Below, one piece after another: positions 55,789 to 64,000 of a stretch of 64,000 nucleotides of DNA. The notes beneath the pieces are model-generated. The model did no database searches, was not told where the DNA came from, and saw only the letters and a list, made by a program, of their open reading frames with translations. The DNA comes from a virus. Both the position numbers and the translations under genes were made by a program. Where the stretch lies: IMG/VR virus record IMGVR_UViG_3300043777_000102, positions 6,888-70,887 of that record, one strand, 5' to 3'. Every line of letters starts with the position of its first letter. Position 1 is the stretch's first letter.

Positions 55789-56403
55789 ATGGCCAACACG
55801 AATGCACCGTTCGGGATCCGCCCGTATGCGTACCGCAGCGGAGCCCCCTACAATGGCGCGGTCCGCACCTATTACGTCCCCGTCGGCAACGCCACCGCCC
55901 TCTATTTCGGTGACCCGGTTGTCCTCATCACCAACAGCGGTGACGGCAACGGCGTCCAGACCGTGGAGATCGCCACGGCCGGCAGCACCTCGGGCACCTC
56001 CCTGACGTACGCCATCCTCGGCAGTTTCCAGGGCATCTCGAACAATGCCGGGACGACGACCATCCCGGTGCTGCAGAGCGCCACGCCATACCTGCCGGCC
56101 AGCACCGCGGCCTACATCTACGTGGCCGACGATCCGACCCTGCTCTACATCGGCCAGGAAGACTCAGTCGGTGGCGCGCTCGCCTCGGGGGCCGCCGGCC
56201 GCAACGTCTCGCTCGTCGCCGGCGCCGGTTCGACCGTCACCAGTCAGTCCGGCTGGCAGCTGCAGTCGAGCTCGTTGAACACGACTGCCCTCCAGTTCCG
56301 GCTAATCCAGCTGCTCCAGGAGAGCGACAACGCGCAGGGCACGAACGCGCGCTGGCTCGGCTTCATCAACAACCACCCGTGGACCCAGACCACCGGCATC
56401 TGA
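55789..56403 (+). CDS. Capsid decoration/minor capsid protein
   Basis: MANTNAPFG.RP; LYFGDPV; V.DDP; directly upstream of MCP. Confidence 0.7.
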   Translation: MANTNAPFGIRPYAYRSGAPYNGAVRTYYVPVGNATALYFGDPVVLITNSGDGNGVQTVEIATAGSTSGTSLTYAILGSFQGISNNAGTTTIPVLQSATPYLPASTAAYIYVADDPTLLYIGQEDSVGGALASGAAGRNVSLVAGAGSTVTSQSGWQLQSSSLNTTALQFRLIQLLQESDNAQGTNARWLGFINNHPWTQTTGI

Positions 56404-56430
56404 TCCGGCTATCGCGAAGGAGATCAAGCT

Positions 56431-57339
56431 ATGGCCGTCATCACTACCGGCACGCATCCAAAGGCACTCTGGCCGGGGATCAAAGCGTGGTTTGGGCGCA
56501 GCTACGACGAGCACATGCCCGAGTATCCCGACCTGTTTGAGATGGACACTTCGGACAAGGCGTACGAGGAGGAAGTCGAGATCACCGGCTTCGGCCTGGC
56601 GCCGGTCAAGCCGCAGGGCGCCCAGATCTTCTACGACATCGAGGTCCAGGGTCCGGTCAGCCGCTTCACCCACGTCGCCTACGCCCTCGGTTACATCGTC
56701 ACTTTCGAGGAACTTCGCGACGATCTGTACGAAGTCGTCTCCAAGCGCCGCGCGCAGCAGCTCGCCTTCAGCATGCGCCAGACCAAGGAGAACATCCTCG
56801 CCTCGACCTACAACAACGGCTTCTCCGGCTCATACACCGGCGCCGACGGCGTCAGCCTGTTCTCGACTGCACACCCCACCCTCTCGGGCAACCAGTCGAA
56901 CCTGCTGACCACCGCAGCCGACCTCTCCGAAGCCTCGGTCGAAGACCTCTGCATCCAGATCATGCAGACCACCAACAACCGCGGCCTGAAAATCTCCGCC
57001 CTGCCGCAAAGTCTCCACCTCCCGACCCAGCTCTGGTTCGAGGGAAACCGCATCCTCCACTCAATCCTCCAGTCCGACACCGCCAACAACAACATCAACG
57101 TCCTGCGAGCCACCGGAGCCTTCCCCAAGGGCATCAAGGTGAACCACTACTTCACCTCGGCAACGGCTTGGTTTATCAGAACCAATATCCCTCGCGCAAT
57201 CCAATACTTCGAGCGCGACAAGCTAAGCTTTGATCAAGATAATGACTTCGATTCTAAGAACAGCAAGGCTGCGTGTTACGAGCGATACTCAGCCTTCTGG
57301 GCCGACTGGCGCGGAGCTTTTGCCACGCCGGGCGTCTGA
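56431..57339 (+). CDS. Major capsid protein
   Basis: 302 aa; ALWPG; SDKAYEE; YALG..VT.E...DDLY; DGVSLFSTAHP; ERYS..W.DWRG; AAGGAG RBS. Confidence 0.9.
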   Translation: MAVITTGTHPKALWPGIKAWFGRSYDEHMPEYPDLFEMDTSDKAYEEEVEITGFGLAPVKPQGAQIFYDIEVQGPVSRFTHVAYALGYIVTFEELRDDLYEVVSKRRAQQLAFSMRQTKENILASTYNNGFSGSYTGADGVSLFSTAHPTLSGNQSNLLTTAADLSEASVEDLCIQIMQTTNNRGLKISALPQSLHLPTQLWFEGNRILHSILQSDTANNNINVLRATGAFPKGIKVNHYFTSATAWFIRTNIPRAIQYFERDKLSFDQDNDFDSKNSKAACYERYSAFWADWRGAFATPGV

Positions 57340-57368
57340 CCTTCCAAATACTTCGGCTTTACTCGCGA

Positions 57369-57411
57369 AGGGCGCTTGCAATTTAACAGTTGCGGCGCCC
57401 TCTCCGTTTGT
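57369..57411 (+). terminator. Hairpin after the capsid gene (possible terminator or stabiliser)
   Basis: AGGGCGC..GCGCCCT stem followed by a pyrimidine-rich tract. Confidence 0.4.
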
Positions 57412-57450
57412 GCAATATTCCCATCGTCCCCAGCAGAGGATGAACGGACG

Positions 57451-58317
57451 ATGTGCTCAAACTGTGAAAACCCTTCGGTCTTGGCTCGTGGCCTATGCGC
57501 GGGCTGCTATCACATTCAGCGCCGAACTGGCTCCCTCCAACGCACCAATATCCGCCGGACCGGCTCTTGTTCCGAGCTGGGATGCGGCAAAGCCATATTT
57601 GCTCGGGGTTTTTGCCAGAAGCACTACGATGCCAACCAGCACCCGCTGAAAACCCCATGGACGCTCCTTCGGTCGCGGTGGCCTGGCGAGTTTCCCGCGT
57701 CGTGGGATCGATTCGAGGCGTTTCTGGCCGATGTTGGTGATCGGCCTACGGCGAAGCACCAACTCAGACGCATCGATTCTTCAAAGCCTTACTCGGCGGC
57801 GAACGTGCAATGGCTGGAACCGATCGGCGTCGGGCGCGATTCGATGTCGCCTGAGTCGCGGGCAGCCTACGAGCGCGCATGGCGATTCAAGCGTCGGTAC
57901 GGCATCACGATCGAAGATTACGACCGGATGCTCGCCGAGCAGGACGGCAAATGCGCCCTTTGCCACCAGCCGCCGGCACGGATCTTCCGGAAGACGGGAA
58001 AGGTGCAGGACCTCGCCGTTGACCACGATCACGCTACCGGCGACGTGCGTGCACTGCTCTGCACCGACTGCAACACGATGCTCGGTCTCGCGGAGGATTC
58101 GCCAGACCGCCTCCGCGCCGCTGCGGCCTACCTGGAGCGCCACACCAAGTCGTCCGACGGCGTCGCTCTGACCTCGATGGCGCACCCGATCGGCCCTGGT
58201 GTCGGCCGCGGCCACCGGATCAAGCCATCGTCGCTGGTGACCGAAACGGTGATGGTGGACACCGAGACCGGCAAGATGCGCCTGGTCTGCGATCCGATCC
58301 AACCGCAAGTTGCTTGA
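57451..58317 (+). CDS. Endonuclease VII-family (HNH) homing-type endonuclease
   Basis: ARGLC..CY Zn fingers; YGIT.EDY..ML..Q.G.CA.C; LAVDHDH.TG.VR.LLC..CN..LG. Confidence 0.9.
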   Translation: MCSNCENPSVLARGLCAGCYHIQRRTGSLQRTNIRRTGSCSELGCGKAIFARGFCQKHYDANQHPLKTPWTLLRSRWPGEFPASWDRFEAFLADVGDRPTAKHQLRRIDSSKPYSAANVQWLEPIGVGRDSMSPESRAAYERAWRFKRRYGITIEDYDRMLAEQDGKCALCHQPPARIFRKTGKVQDLAVDHDHATGDVRALLCTDCNTMLGLAEDSPDRLRAAAAYLERHTKSSDGVALTSMAHPIGPGVGRGHRIKPSSLVTETVMVDTETGKMRLVCDPIQPQVA

Positions 58318-58320
58318 TCG

Positions 58321-58470
58321 GTGTCCAATTTTCTGCGCACCATCGCGAATTGGCTTCTCGCGCTGTCAATTCCCGACCCTGACCTTCAGTGCGAGGCCGT
58401 TGCCTGGGCGGCTCTGTTCCTGGGCGCCTCCGACTGGCTGGCAGCACTCAACCAATGGAGACAAACATGA
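58321..58470 (+). CDS. 49-aa hydrophobic peptide coupled to the pilin gene
   Basis: GTG..TGA; stop overlaps the pilin ATG (ATGA). Confidence 0.4.
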   Translation: MSNFLRTIANWLLALSIPDPDLQCEAVAWAALFLGASDWLAALNQWRQT

Positions 58471-58649
58471 TCCGACTGTTCAAAGACCGCCGCGGCGTTT
58501 CGTCCCTCGAGTACGCCGTGCTCGCCGTGTGTGTCGTTGGCGTCGTGGCTGCGGCCGTGACGCTGGTGCTCGGGCCGGCGATCACCGGCGCGTTCAATGA
58601 CGTGGCGAGCTCGATCAGCGCCGCGATGACGACTGCCAAGGGCACCTGA
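58467..58649 (+). CDS. flp: Flp/Fap (Tad type IV) pilin
   Basis: FKDRRG/VSSLEY cleavage and Flp motif, hydrophobic helix, G..I...F..V...I; GGAG RBS; 60 aa. Confidence 0.85.
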   Translation: MIRLFKDRRGVSSLEYAVLAVCVVGVVAAAVTLVLGPAITGAFNDVASSISAAMTTAKGT

Positions 58650-58765
58650 CGCCCGCCAGGGTTGCGTTCCCGCTGTAATTCCCGCACAAAAACGCTACCG
58701 CACGCGCCGCGTGTGAGGCCCTGCGCGTTGGTGTTGGGGCAACCCCAGGTTTGGGAGACCGGCTG

Positions 58766-58885
58766 ATGGCCGAGCGATCGAAGGCGAAAGAGCGCAAGGA
58801 AGACAAGAAGGAAGACCGCAAGAAGGCGGCCAAACGCCGGATGAAGAAGAAGGACGAGAAGAAAGAGGAACACAAGCGGCGCTGA
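58766..58885 (+). CDS. 39-aa Lys/Glu/Arg-rich peptide
   Basis: GGAG RBS; MAERSKAKERKEDKKEDRKK... Confidence 0.55.
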   Translation: MAERSKAKERKEDKKEDRKKAAKRRMKKKDEKKEEHKRR

Positions 58886-58944
58886 TTTCTGCGGCGGGGT
58901 GCTGTAAGGTGCCCCGCTGACCTTCCCCAGCAGCGGAGGATGAC

Positions 58945-59550
58945 ATGGCTGACAACCGAGACGACGAGGGCTTCGGCACTACCGCTCGGGGCGACGGCGC
59001 TCAGCATCGCCGCGACGCGCTACCCTATCTCGGCGCCGCCGCGATCGGTGGTAATCCGGCGGATTGCCTTGGGCAGCCGCCCCGGCCCTCACCGCTTCAA
59101 TCCCAGATCCCCTTCAAGGCACCGGCGGTTGATCAGAATGAGATCGCGCGTGATCTGATGCGGCGCACCCAGGCTGCCGTGCTGCGGATCACCGGCATCC
59201 CGGCCACCTATCTCAGCCAGGACGCTCTGATCGCTGAACTCCAAGCTGCCAATGCACGCCTCCGCACCGAGGTCGAGGCGCTCCGGGTCGAGCGGGACGA
59301 GGCGCGAAGCCGCCTGGTGTCGGCCGCCGAGACGATCCGAAAGCTCGCCACCGGTGAACCTGCCATGTGGTCGGACGGCAAGAAGGTGGAGGTGCGCGGC
59401 GTGTATCCGCCGATCCGAGCGGACCGGGATGAGGCTTGGCATGACGCACGGATGACCGGCACTGGCTGGCTCCGGGTGACGCAACCTGAGCCCGAGGCGC
59501 CGTCCACCGCCGCCCACTCCAAGCCCTTCCCAGCGAAGGCCATGCGATGA
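58945..59550 (+). CDS. Coiled-coil hypothetical protein
   Basis: GGAGG RBS. Confidence 0.6.
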   Translation: MADNRDDEGFGTTARGDGAQHRRDALPYLGAAAIGGNPADCLGQPPRPSPLQSQIPFKAPAVDQNEIARDLMRRTQAAVLRITGIPATYLSQDALIAELQAANARLRTEVEALRVERDEARSRLVSAAETIRKLATGEPAMWSDGKKVEVRGVYPPIRADRDEAWHDARMTGTGWLRVTQPEPEAPSTAAHSKPFPAKAMR

Positions 59551-59828
59551 GCGCTGAGCCAGATGCCGAGTACGGCACGCCGCAGGAATGCATGGATGAG
59601 CAATGGCTCGACCTGCCGGCGACGTACGTCGATTGCTGGCAGGGCGGTCTGCTGAATGAGGGATCCATTCTGCGGCTGACCTTCGGGCACGGCGATCCGA
59701 AGGGGTACGCGACCTTCACGCAGGCGCTTGCCATGCCGGCCGGCATGGCGCGGCAAATGGTCCGCCGGCTTGTCAAGGCGCTGGAGATGGATCAGCACGA
59801 CCTGTTCGGACCTGAGAGACCCAAATGA
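59547..59828 (+). CDS. Hypothetical protein
   Basis: ATGA coupling; PATYVD..LRLTFG. Confidence 0.6.
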   Translation: MSAEPDAEYGTPQECMDEQWLDLPATYVDCWQGGLLNEGSILRLTFGHGDPKGYATFTQALAMPAGMARQMVRRLVKALEMDQHDLFGPERPK

Positions 59829-60271
59829 GCGACACGTTCCTATCCTTCTACGTGGTCCGCCTGCACCTGAAGGTGGGCGGCTACCTCGACTTCCGGTTTG
59901 ACGACCTTGGACACGCCACCGAGGCTTTGAAGGGCGTCCTGGCCGGCAAGAAGTCTGGCAAGCCGATGCGGGTGTATGACGGCGCTGGCACCGAGACGCA
60001 TTTCGACGACGCGGATGTGCAGGGCATCGGCCCGGTGACGCTGCTGGACATCCCGGCGTCGGCCGCCGCGGCCACTCGGTCCATCGCGATCGCCGGCCTG
60101 GCAGAGCGAATCGAGAACGAGCGGTTGGCGCGACTCGGGATTGTGTTGCTGCCTCCCGAGCAGCAGGCCCCGCGCGCGCCGGCGAACGGCACCGGCGGCG
60201 GTCCTGGCATCCCGGCCCCTGGCAGCTTCCTGCCGGCGTCGCCTGGCGGTCAGCCGCCTTTTGCTGGGTAG
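59825..60271 (+). CDS. Hypothetical protein
   Basis: ATGA coupling. Confidence 0.65.
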   Translation: MSDTFLSFYVVRLHLKVGGYLDFRFDDLGHATEALKGVLAGKKSGKPMRVYDGAGTETHFDDADVQGIGPVTLLDIPASAAAATRSIAIAGLAERIENERLARLGIVLLPPEQQAPRAPANGTGGGPGIPAPGSFLPASPGGQPPFAG

Positions 60272-60274
60272 GCT

Positions 60275-60844
60275 GTGTCCGACCGGCTTGCCAAGGCCGA
60301 TTGGACAGTGCGCGTCGTCGACATCGGCGTGGCCCGACGGCTCGTGGAGCGGGAGCACTATGCGCGCGGCGCTCCGAACACAGCGACGTTCCTTCATGGC
60401 CTGTTCCGTGCCGCCGCCTTCTGGGATGAGGAATGCGTCGGCGTCGCATGGTGGATACCGCCGACGCGGAGTGCGGCCGAGGCCACCTTTCCCGCGAACT
60501 GGCTTGGCGTACTTAGCCTGTCGCGGCTCGCGATCACGCCCGACGCCCCGCGGAACGCCGCCAGCTTCCTGATTTCGCGATCGCGACGGCTGATCGACCG
60601 CATGCGGTGGCCGTGCCTCGTGACCTACGCCGACGAAATGCAAGGCCACACCGGGGCGATCTACCGGGCTGACAACTGGACCTATCTGGGCCGGACAAAG
60701 CCCGAAGCAGCCTTCGCGGTGCGGGGCCGGCTCACGGCTCGGAAAGCGGGCGGTCACACGCGGACGCGGACCGAAATGGCGCAGCTCGGCGCCGAGTCGC
60801 TCGGCAGCTTTGCGAAGCACAAGTTCGTTCACATCGCCGCCTGA
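60275..60844 (+). CDS. Mom-like (GNAT-fold) DNA adenine modification enzyme
   Basis: EREHY; CVGVA; LSRLAI....PRNAASFLISRS; LVTYAD..QGHTGAIYRADNWTYLG. Confidence 0.8.
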   Translation: MSDRLAKADWTVRVVDIGVARRLVEREHYARGAPNTATFLHGLFRAAAFWDEECVGVAWWIPPTRSAAEATFPANWLGVLSLSRLAITPDAPRNAASFLISRSRRLIDRMRWPCLVTYADEMQGHTGAIYRADNWTYLGRTKPEAAFAVRGRLTARKAGGHTRTRTEMAQLGAESLGSFAKHKFVHIAA

Positions 60845-60854
60845 CGCTCGGCGG

Positions 60855-60883
60855 TTGCGCCCCGCGCGCCGCCCGCATATTCT
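60855..60883 (+). promoter_or_regulatory. Sigma70-type promoter
   Basis: TTGCGC-17 nt-TATTCT. Confidence 0.5.
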
Positions 60884-60934
60884 CCCGCCCGAGCGCGCCA
60901 GCAGTCGCGGCTTCCACCAGCGATGGAGCCCCGC

Positions 60935-61864
60935 ATGGCCGCCGGTCAAGTCATCTATTCGCCCGGTCACATCATCCTGCCGGTCGGGCCGCCTGGTTCC
61001 GGTGCACCGCTTCCCGACGCCGCGCCGAGCATCCGGCACATGGGCATTGCCGTGCAGGACCCGCGGGTGCCGTACACTCCGGGCGCTCAGACCGGCAACG
61101 TGGCATTGATCGGGCACTACTTGGGCGGCATGGGGCGGTCCGGAGGCGAAGCGCCGAGCACCATCAGCACGTCCAACATCGCCGCGAACCAGCACACGGT
61201 CACTTTGACGCCGCTGAACCTGGTCACCACGTCGGGTTCCGGCATCACTGTCACGAGTACGCCATTCCTCTGCTTCGGCAGCAACAACACCATTCCTACC
61301 GGCACGCTGGTCATCGACGGGCTGCCGACCTACGGCAAGCTCGGCAGCGGCTTCATCACCGGCATCTACGACCCGGCGGCGTGCATCGGACGCGCGGTGT
61401 CGGTGACGGCGGCGGCCGGCGCGACGGCGACGACCATGCTGATCAAGGGCGCGGACATCTACGGCTACCCCATGTCGCAGCTTGTGACGATCTCGGCTGG
61501 CTCGACGGTGAACACGCTCAAGACGTTCAAGTTCATCTACTCGGTCACCCCGACGGGCACGGACAGTTCGCACAATTACAGCATCGGAACCGCCGACATC
61601 TTCGGCTTCCCGGTGATCTGCAACCACTTCTCGGACTGCTTGATCTACTGGAGCAATCTGCTTCAGGTGTTCTCCACCTATACCGTACCGGATGCGACCA
61701 CGCCGGCGACCACGGCGACCGGCGATGTGCGTGGCACCTGGACGAACGGCGGCTCGGCATCGAACGGCACGATCCGGCTGGACATGCTGCAGATGTTCAC
61801 GCTGGGGATGTTCACCAATGCGGCCGGCCCGGCAGTCGGAATTTACGGGGTAGCGCAGGTATAG
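60935..61864 (+). CDS. Putative virion structural protein
   Basis: S/T/G-rich beta protein; G.DIYG.PM; TATTGDVRGT. Confidence 0.7.
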   Translation: MAAGQVIYSPGHIILPVGPPGSGAPLPDAAPSIRHMGIAVQDPRVPYTPGAQTGNVALIGHYLGGMGRSGGEAPSTISTSNIAANQHTVTLTPLNLVTTSGSGITVTSTPFLCFGSNNTIPTGTLVIDGLPTYGKLGSGFITGIYDPAACIGRAVSVTAAAGATATTMLIKGADIYGYPMSQLVTISAGSTVNTLKTFKFIYSVTPTGTDSSHNYSIGTADIFGFPVICNHFSDCLIYWSNLLQVFSTYTVPDATTPATTATGDVRGTWTNGGSASNGTIRLDMLQMFTLGMFTNAAGPAVGIYGVAQV

Positions 61865-61903
61865 CGTCCGCCTTCACCTTCACCCGAGAGAGGATGACCA
61901 TCC

Positions 61904-62545
61904 ATGGCCCAAACCCAAGGCGTCGTCATCGCCCCCGGTTCGGTGGTGTCGCAGCAGCAGGCCGGCCAGAACCCGGTTGAGTCGCAGGGCGGCTACGGCG
62001 AGCAGATCGTCTCTGAGCTCCACGGCAAGTGGTACACGGCGACGCGCGGTGGCCTCGTGTTCACTGCCGCGGCGACCGCTGCGATCACGCTGCCGATCAC
62101 CAGCGCGGCCCTGGTCAGCAAGTTCTGCCTGATCAACCCACTCGGCTCGGGGAAGGTCATGGAGCTGATCGACGCGGATTTCGCCTCCGTGAGCGCGACC
62201 GAGGTGGTGAATGCCATCCAGCTCGTCTACCAGACGACGCCGGGCGGCGTGACCGGCCTGGCCTCGACCACGGCCGGCACCATCCTGAGCAGCATGCTGG
62301 GCAGCTCGGCACCCGCCTCAACCTCGGTGGCCACGTACTATGTCGCCGCGACCCACACTGGCACGCCGGTCGTCTACGGCAGCCTGTGGGACGTGAGTGC
62401 GACCGCCGCGGGCATTTCGAGCACCCACTATGAGTTCGACGGCAAGATCCTGGTCTACCCGGGCTGCATCATCGACCTGGCGACGAGCACTGCGGGGCTG
62501 ACGAACTGGGTCGGGCAGCTCCGCTGGGCCGAGTTCGCGCCGTAA
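61904..62545 (+). CDS. Putative virion structural protein
   Basis: VSELHGKWY; L.NP.GSGK; T/A-rich. Confidence 0.7.
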   Translation: MAQTQGVVIAPGSVVSQQQAGQNPVESQGGYGEQIVSELHGKWYTATRGGLVFTAAATAAITLPITSAALVSKFCLINPLGSGKVMELIDADFASVSATEVVNAIQLVYQTTPGGVTGLASTTAGTILSSMLGSSAPASTSVATYYVAATHTGTPVVYGSLWDVSATAAGISSTHYEFDGKILVYPGCIIDLATSTAGLTNWVGQLRWAEFAP

Positions 62546-62558
62546 ACGGAGCCGGCCG

Positions 62559-62996
62559 ATGAGTGACGTCGTCAACTACCAGATTCTGGAGCAGGGTCCG
62601 CGCAACGCGATCGTGCAGCTGACGGACGTGTCGGATGGGACCGGGTTGGCCAACTACGTCTTCGTCGACGGCACGAGCGCCGGGCCGTTCGGGGTCAGGG
62701 TGCAGGGCCAGACCTTCTATCCCGGCATCCACCTGAAGCTGGTCGAGATCAAATGGCAGTGCCAGGGGATGGGCTTCGTCCTGTATTGGGGGGCGAACGC
62801 GAACGTGCCCTTCTTCACTGGAACCGGCTTCGGCCATCAGGATTTCCGCAAGTCGGGCGGCATCTACTACCCGCAGCCGAACCCGACCGGCTCGACCGGG
62901 CAGGTGCTTCTGACGACCACGGACACTGACCCCGCGCAGGCGGTGCCAACGTTCAGTGTGTGGGCCCGATTCGTTAAGGGCGTGCCGCAGGGGTGA
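62559..62996 (+). CDS. Putative virion structural protein
   Basis: QILEQGPRNA.V.LT..SDGTG; DF...GGI; TGQVLLTT. Confidence 0.7.
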   Translation: MSDVVNYQILEQGPRNAIVQLTDVSDGTGLANYVFVDGTSAGPFGVRVQGQTFYPGIHLKLVEIKWQCQGMGFVLYWGANANVPFFTGTGFGHQDFRKSGGIYYPQPNPTGSTGQVLLTTTDTDPAQAVPTFSVWARFVKGVPQG

Positions 62997-63651
62997 CCGC
63001 GCCGGGGCGGCCGCGATAGCGGCCCTTGCGGGTCGGCTTCGACAAAGCATCCTCGGCCGTCCAGCCCATTTGGTTCAGACGCGATTTCAGTGTGTTGGGA
63101 TTGATGCCCACCTCCCTCGCCCAAGCTGGACCGATCAGTTCCTTGCCGCGGAAGCCGATGCGGTGATTGTTTCGCTTGTTCGCGCCCTGTTCGTATGGCG
63201 ATTCCCACCGGCAGTTTGAGGGACTATAGGGACCGTCGTTGTCGATCCGACCCAGCGAGTGTTGCGGCGAAGGCTTGGGCCCCATGTCCCTCAGGAAGGC
63301 CTCAAAGCTCGCCCACGTCGGGTCACAGGTGATGCCCCGGCCGCCATAAAGCGCCCAGTCGTTCCTGTTTGAGCAAATGCAGCGCGACCGCATATTCCCC
63401 CACGCGACGTGCTCTGCGGTGCCCACGAGGCCGTGTGTCGTGTGCGCCGCGCGCAGCTTCGCGCTCATCGCACATTGGCAGGTCGGGCGCCGTCGCTCGC
63501 GGAGGGAGTGGTCCTTGATCGACACGATGGCCGAGCAGACGCACAGGCAGCGCCACTTCGGCACGAGCACGCTGTCAGTGTCACGCTCAATCGTCGTCAG
63601 CGATCCGAACGTGACGCCGGGTACAATTTCGGGCAATTTACGTTTAGCCAT
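62974..63651 (-). CDS. HNH-type homing endonuclease
   Basis: FG.LT..WRC.C.C; W..MRSRC..YGGRGI.....W..FE.FL.DMG.KP...SL.RIDNDG.Y.P.NCRW....Q..N. Confidence 0.9.
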   Translation of the reverse strand: MAKRKLPEIVPGVTFGSLTTIERDTDSVLVPKWRCLCVCSAIVSIKDHSLRERRRPTCQCAMSAKLRAAHTTHGLVGTAEHVAWGNMRSRCICSNRNDWALYGGRGITCDPTWASFEAFLRDMGPKPSPQHSLGRIDNDGPYSPSNCRWESPYEQGANKRNNHRIGFRGKELIGPAWAREVGINPNTLKSRLNQMGWTAEDALSKPTRKGRYRGRPGAVTPAARP

Positions 63652-63743
63652 CGGGCCGCCTCACCGGTTCGTGGACAGGATCGCGTCGGCCTGCCAGGGT
63701 CGGCGCGGTCCGATCCTACAACAACCTGTGGAGCGACTCCAGC

Positions 63744-64000
63744 ATGAGCGACGCCCCCCGCAAAAATGAAGCGTTTTGGTCTTGGTTCGACGCGGAAGCG
63801 CGCCCGCGGCTCGGAGTGCGTGCCCCGACTTTCAGCCGCGCCTTCGAGTACTTGGACACCTTGGACGGTCCAGTGACTATCCTTGAAACCGGTTGCATCC
63901 GGAACCCCGGCAACTGGGAGGGCGACGGGCAGAGCACGGTGCTGTGGGATCGGTATGTGCACGAGCGCGCAAACGGATGGTTCGTCTCGGTGGATTTCGA
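63744..64000 (+). CDS. Class I SAM-dependent methyltransferase (5' part, truncated by window)
   Basis: TILETGCIR..GDGQST..SVD motif-I-like. Confidence 0.7.
   Translation, partial: MSDAPRKNEAFWSWFDAEARPRLGVRAPTFSRAFEYLDTLDGPVTILETGCIRNPGNWEGDGQSTVLWDRYVHERANGWFVSVDF

Larger units (their letters stand above)
1..64000. mobile_element. Tailed phage (or prophage) genome segment, P22-like virion module, probable alphaproteobacterial host; extends beyond both window ends
   Basis: terS, terL, portal, scaffold, capsid, ejection proteins, RecT, DnaB and initiator present; no host housekeeping genes; ORFs truncated at both ends. Confidence 0.95.

Noticed and set aside
59840-61627. Long antisense and alternative-frame ORFs (also 9202-10476, 12441-13655, 23584-25347, 38597-39658, 49970-51184)
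   Set aside because: Shadow ORFs of high-GC coding sequence overlapping well-supported genes; Arg/Pro-rich and motif-free.
26194-63651. Group I introns or inteins housing the four endonucleases
   Set aside because: Flanking genes (terL, MCP, exonuclease) appear complete; the endonucleases are free-standing.
1-64000. Genome-wide amber (TAG) recoding, since many TAG junctions are in frame with the next gene (67, 418, 1720, 17425, 18959, 21679, 60271)
   Set aside because: Core genes are intact under the standard code and no suppressor tRNA is seen; several cases are explained by TAGGAG stop/RBS overlap. Only local readthrough is kept as a finding.

Overview
The whole window is a GC-rich tailed-phage genome segment with a P22-like (podovirus-type) virion gene order. 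No host housekeeping genes, integrase or endolysin are recognisable. The host is inferred to be an alphaproteobacterium from GcrA, a GapR-like protein, a CtrA box, an EcfG-type promoter, a Flp pilin and an alpha-type initiator tRNA. Layout: tail/adsorption and DNA-ejection genes (1-16.2 kb); membrane/lysis-type genes with a small regulatory-RNA hotspot (16.2-19.9 kb); a leftward early operon with RecT, DnaQ-like exonuclease, GIY-YIG nuclease and XRE (19.9-29.0 kb); a rightward replication operon with wHTH, GapR-like, RuvC-like, GcrA, DnaB and an initiator carrying iterons (29.1-34.9 kb); a 4.1-kb IS1595-family element with TIRs and passenger genes (35617-39739); terS, an accessory block with tRNA-fMet, terL, portal, GroES, scaffold and major capsid (40-57.3 kb); then endonuclease VII, Flp pilin, Mom-like DNA-modification enzyme, virion proteins, HNH and a partial methyltransferase. 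The leading candidate for an undescribed system is a host cell-cycle/pilus hijacking set: orphan Flp pilin, CtrA-box-linked anti-Shine-Dalgarno sRNA, CtrA-like wHTH, GcrA and GapR-like protein. Also notable are a ~500-nt structured ncRNA candidate and a modular tail-appendage set built from EPLSEP repeats and duplicated gp10 C-terminal modules. All calls come from reading the sequence by eye; no searches or folding programs were run.
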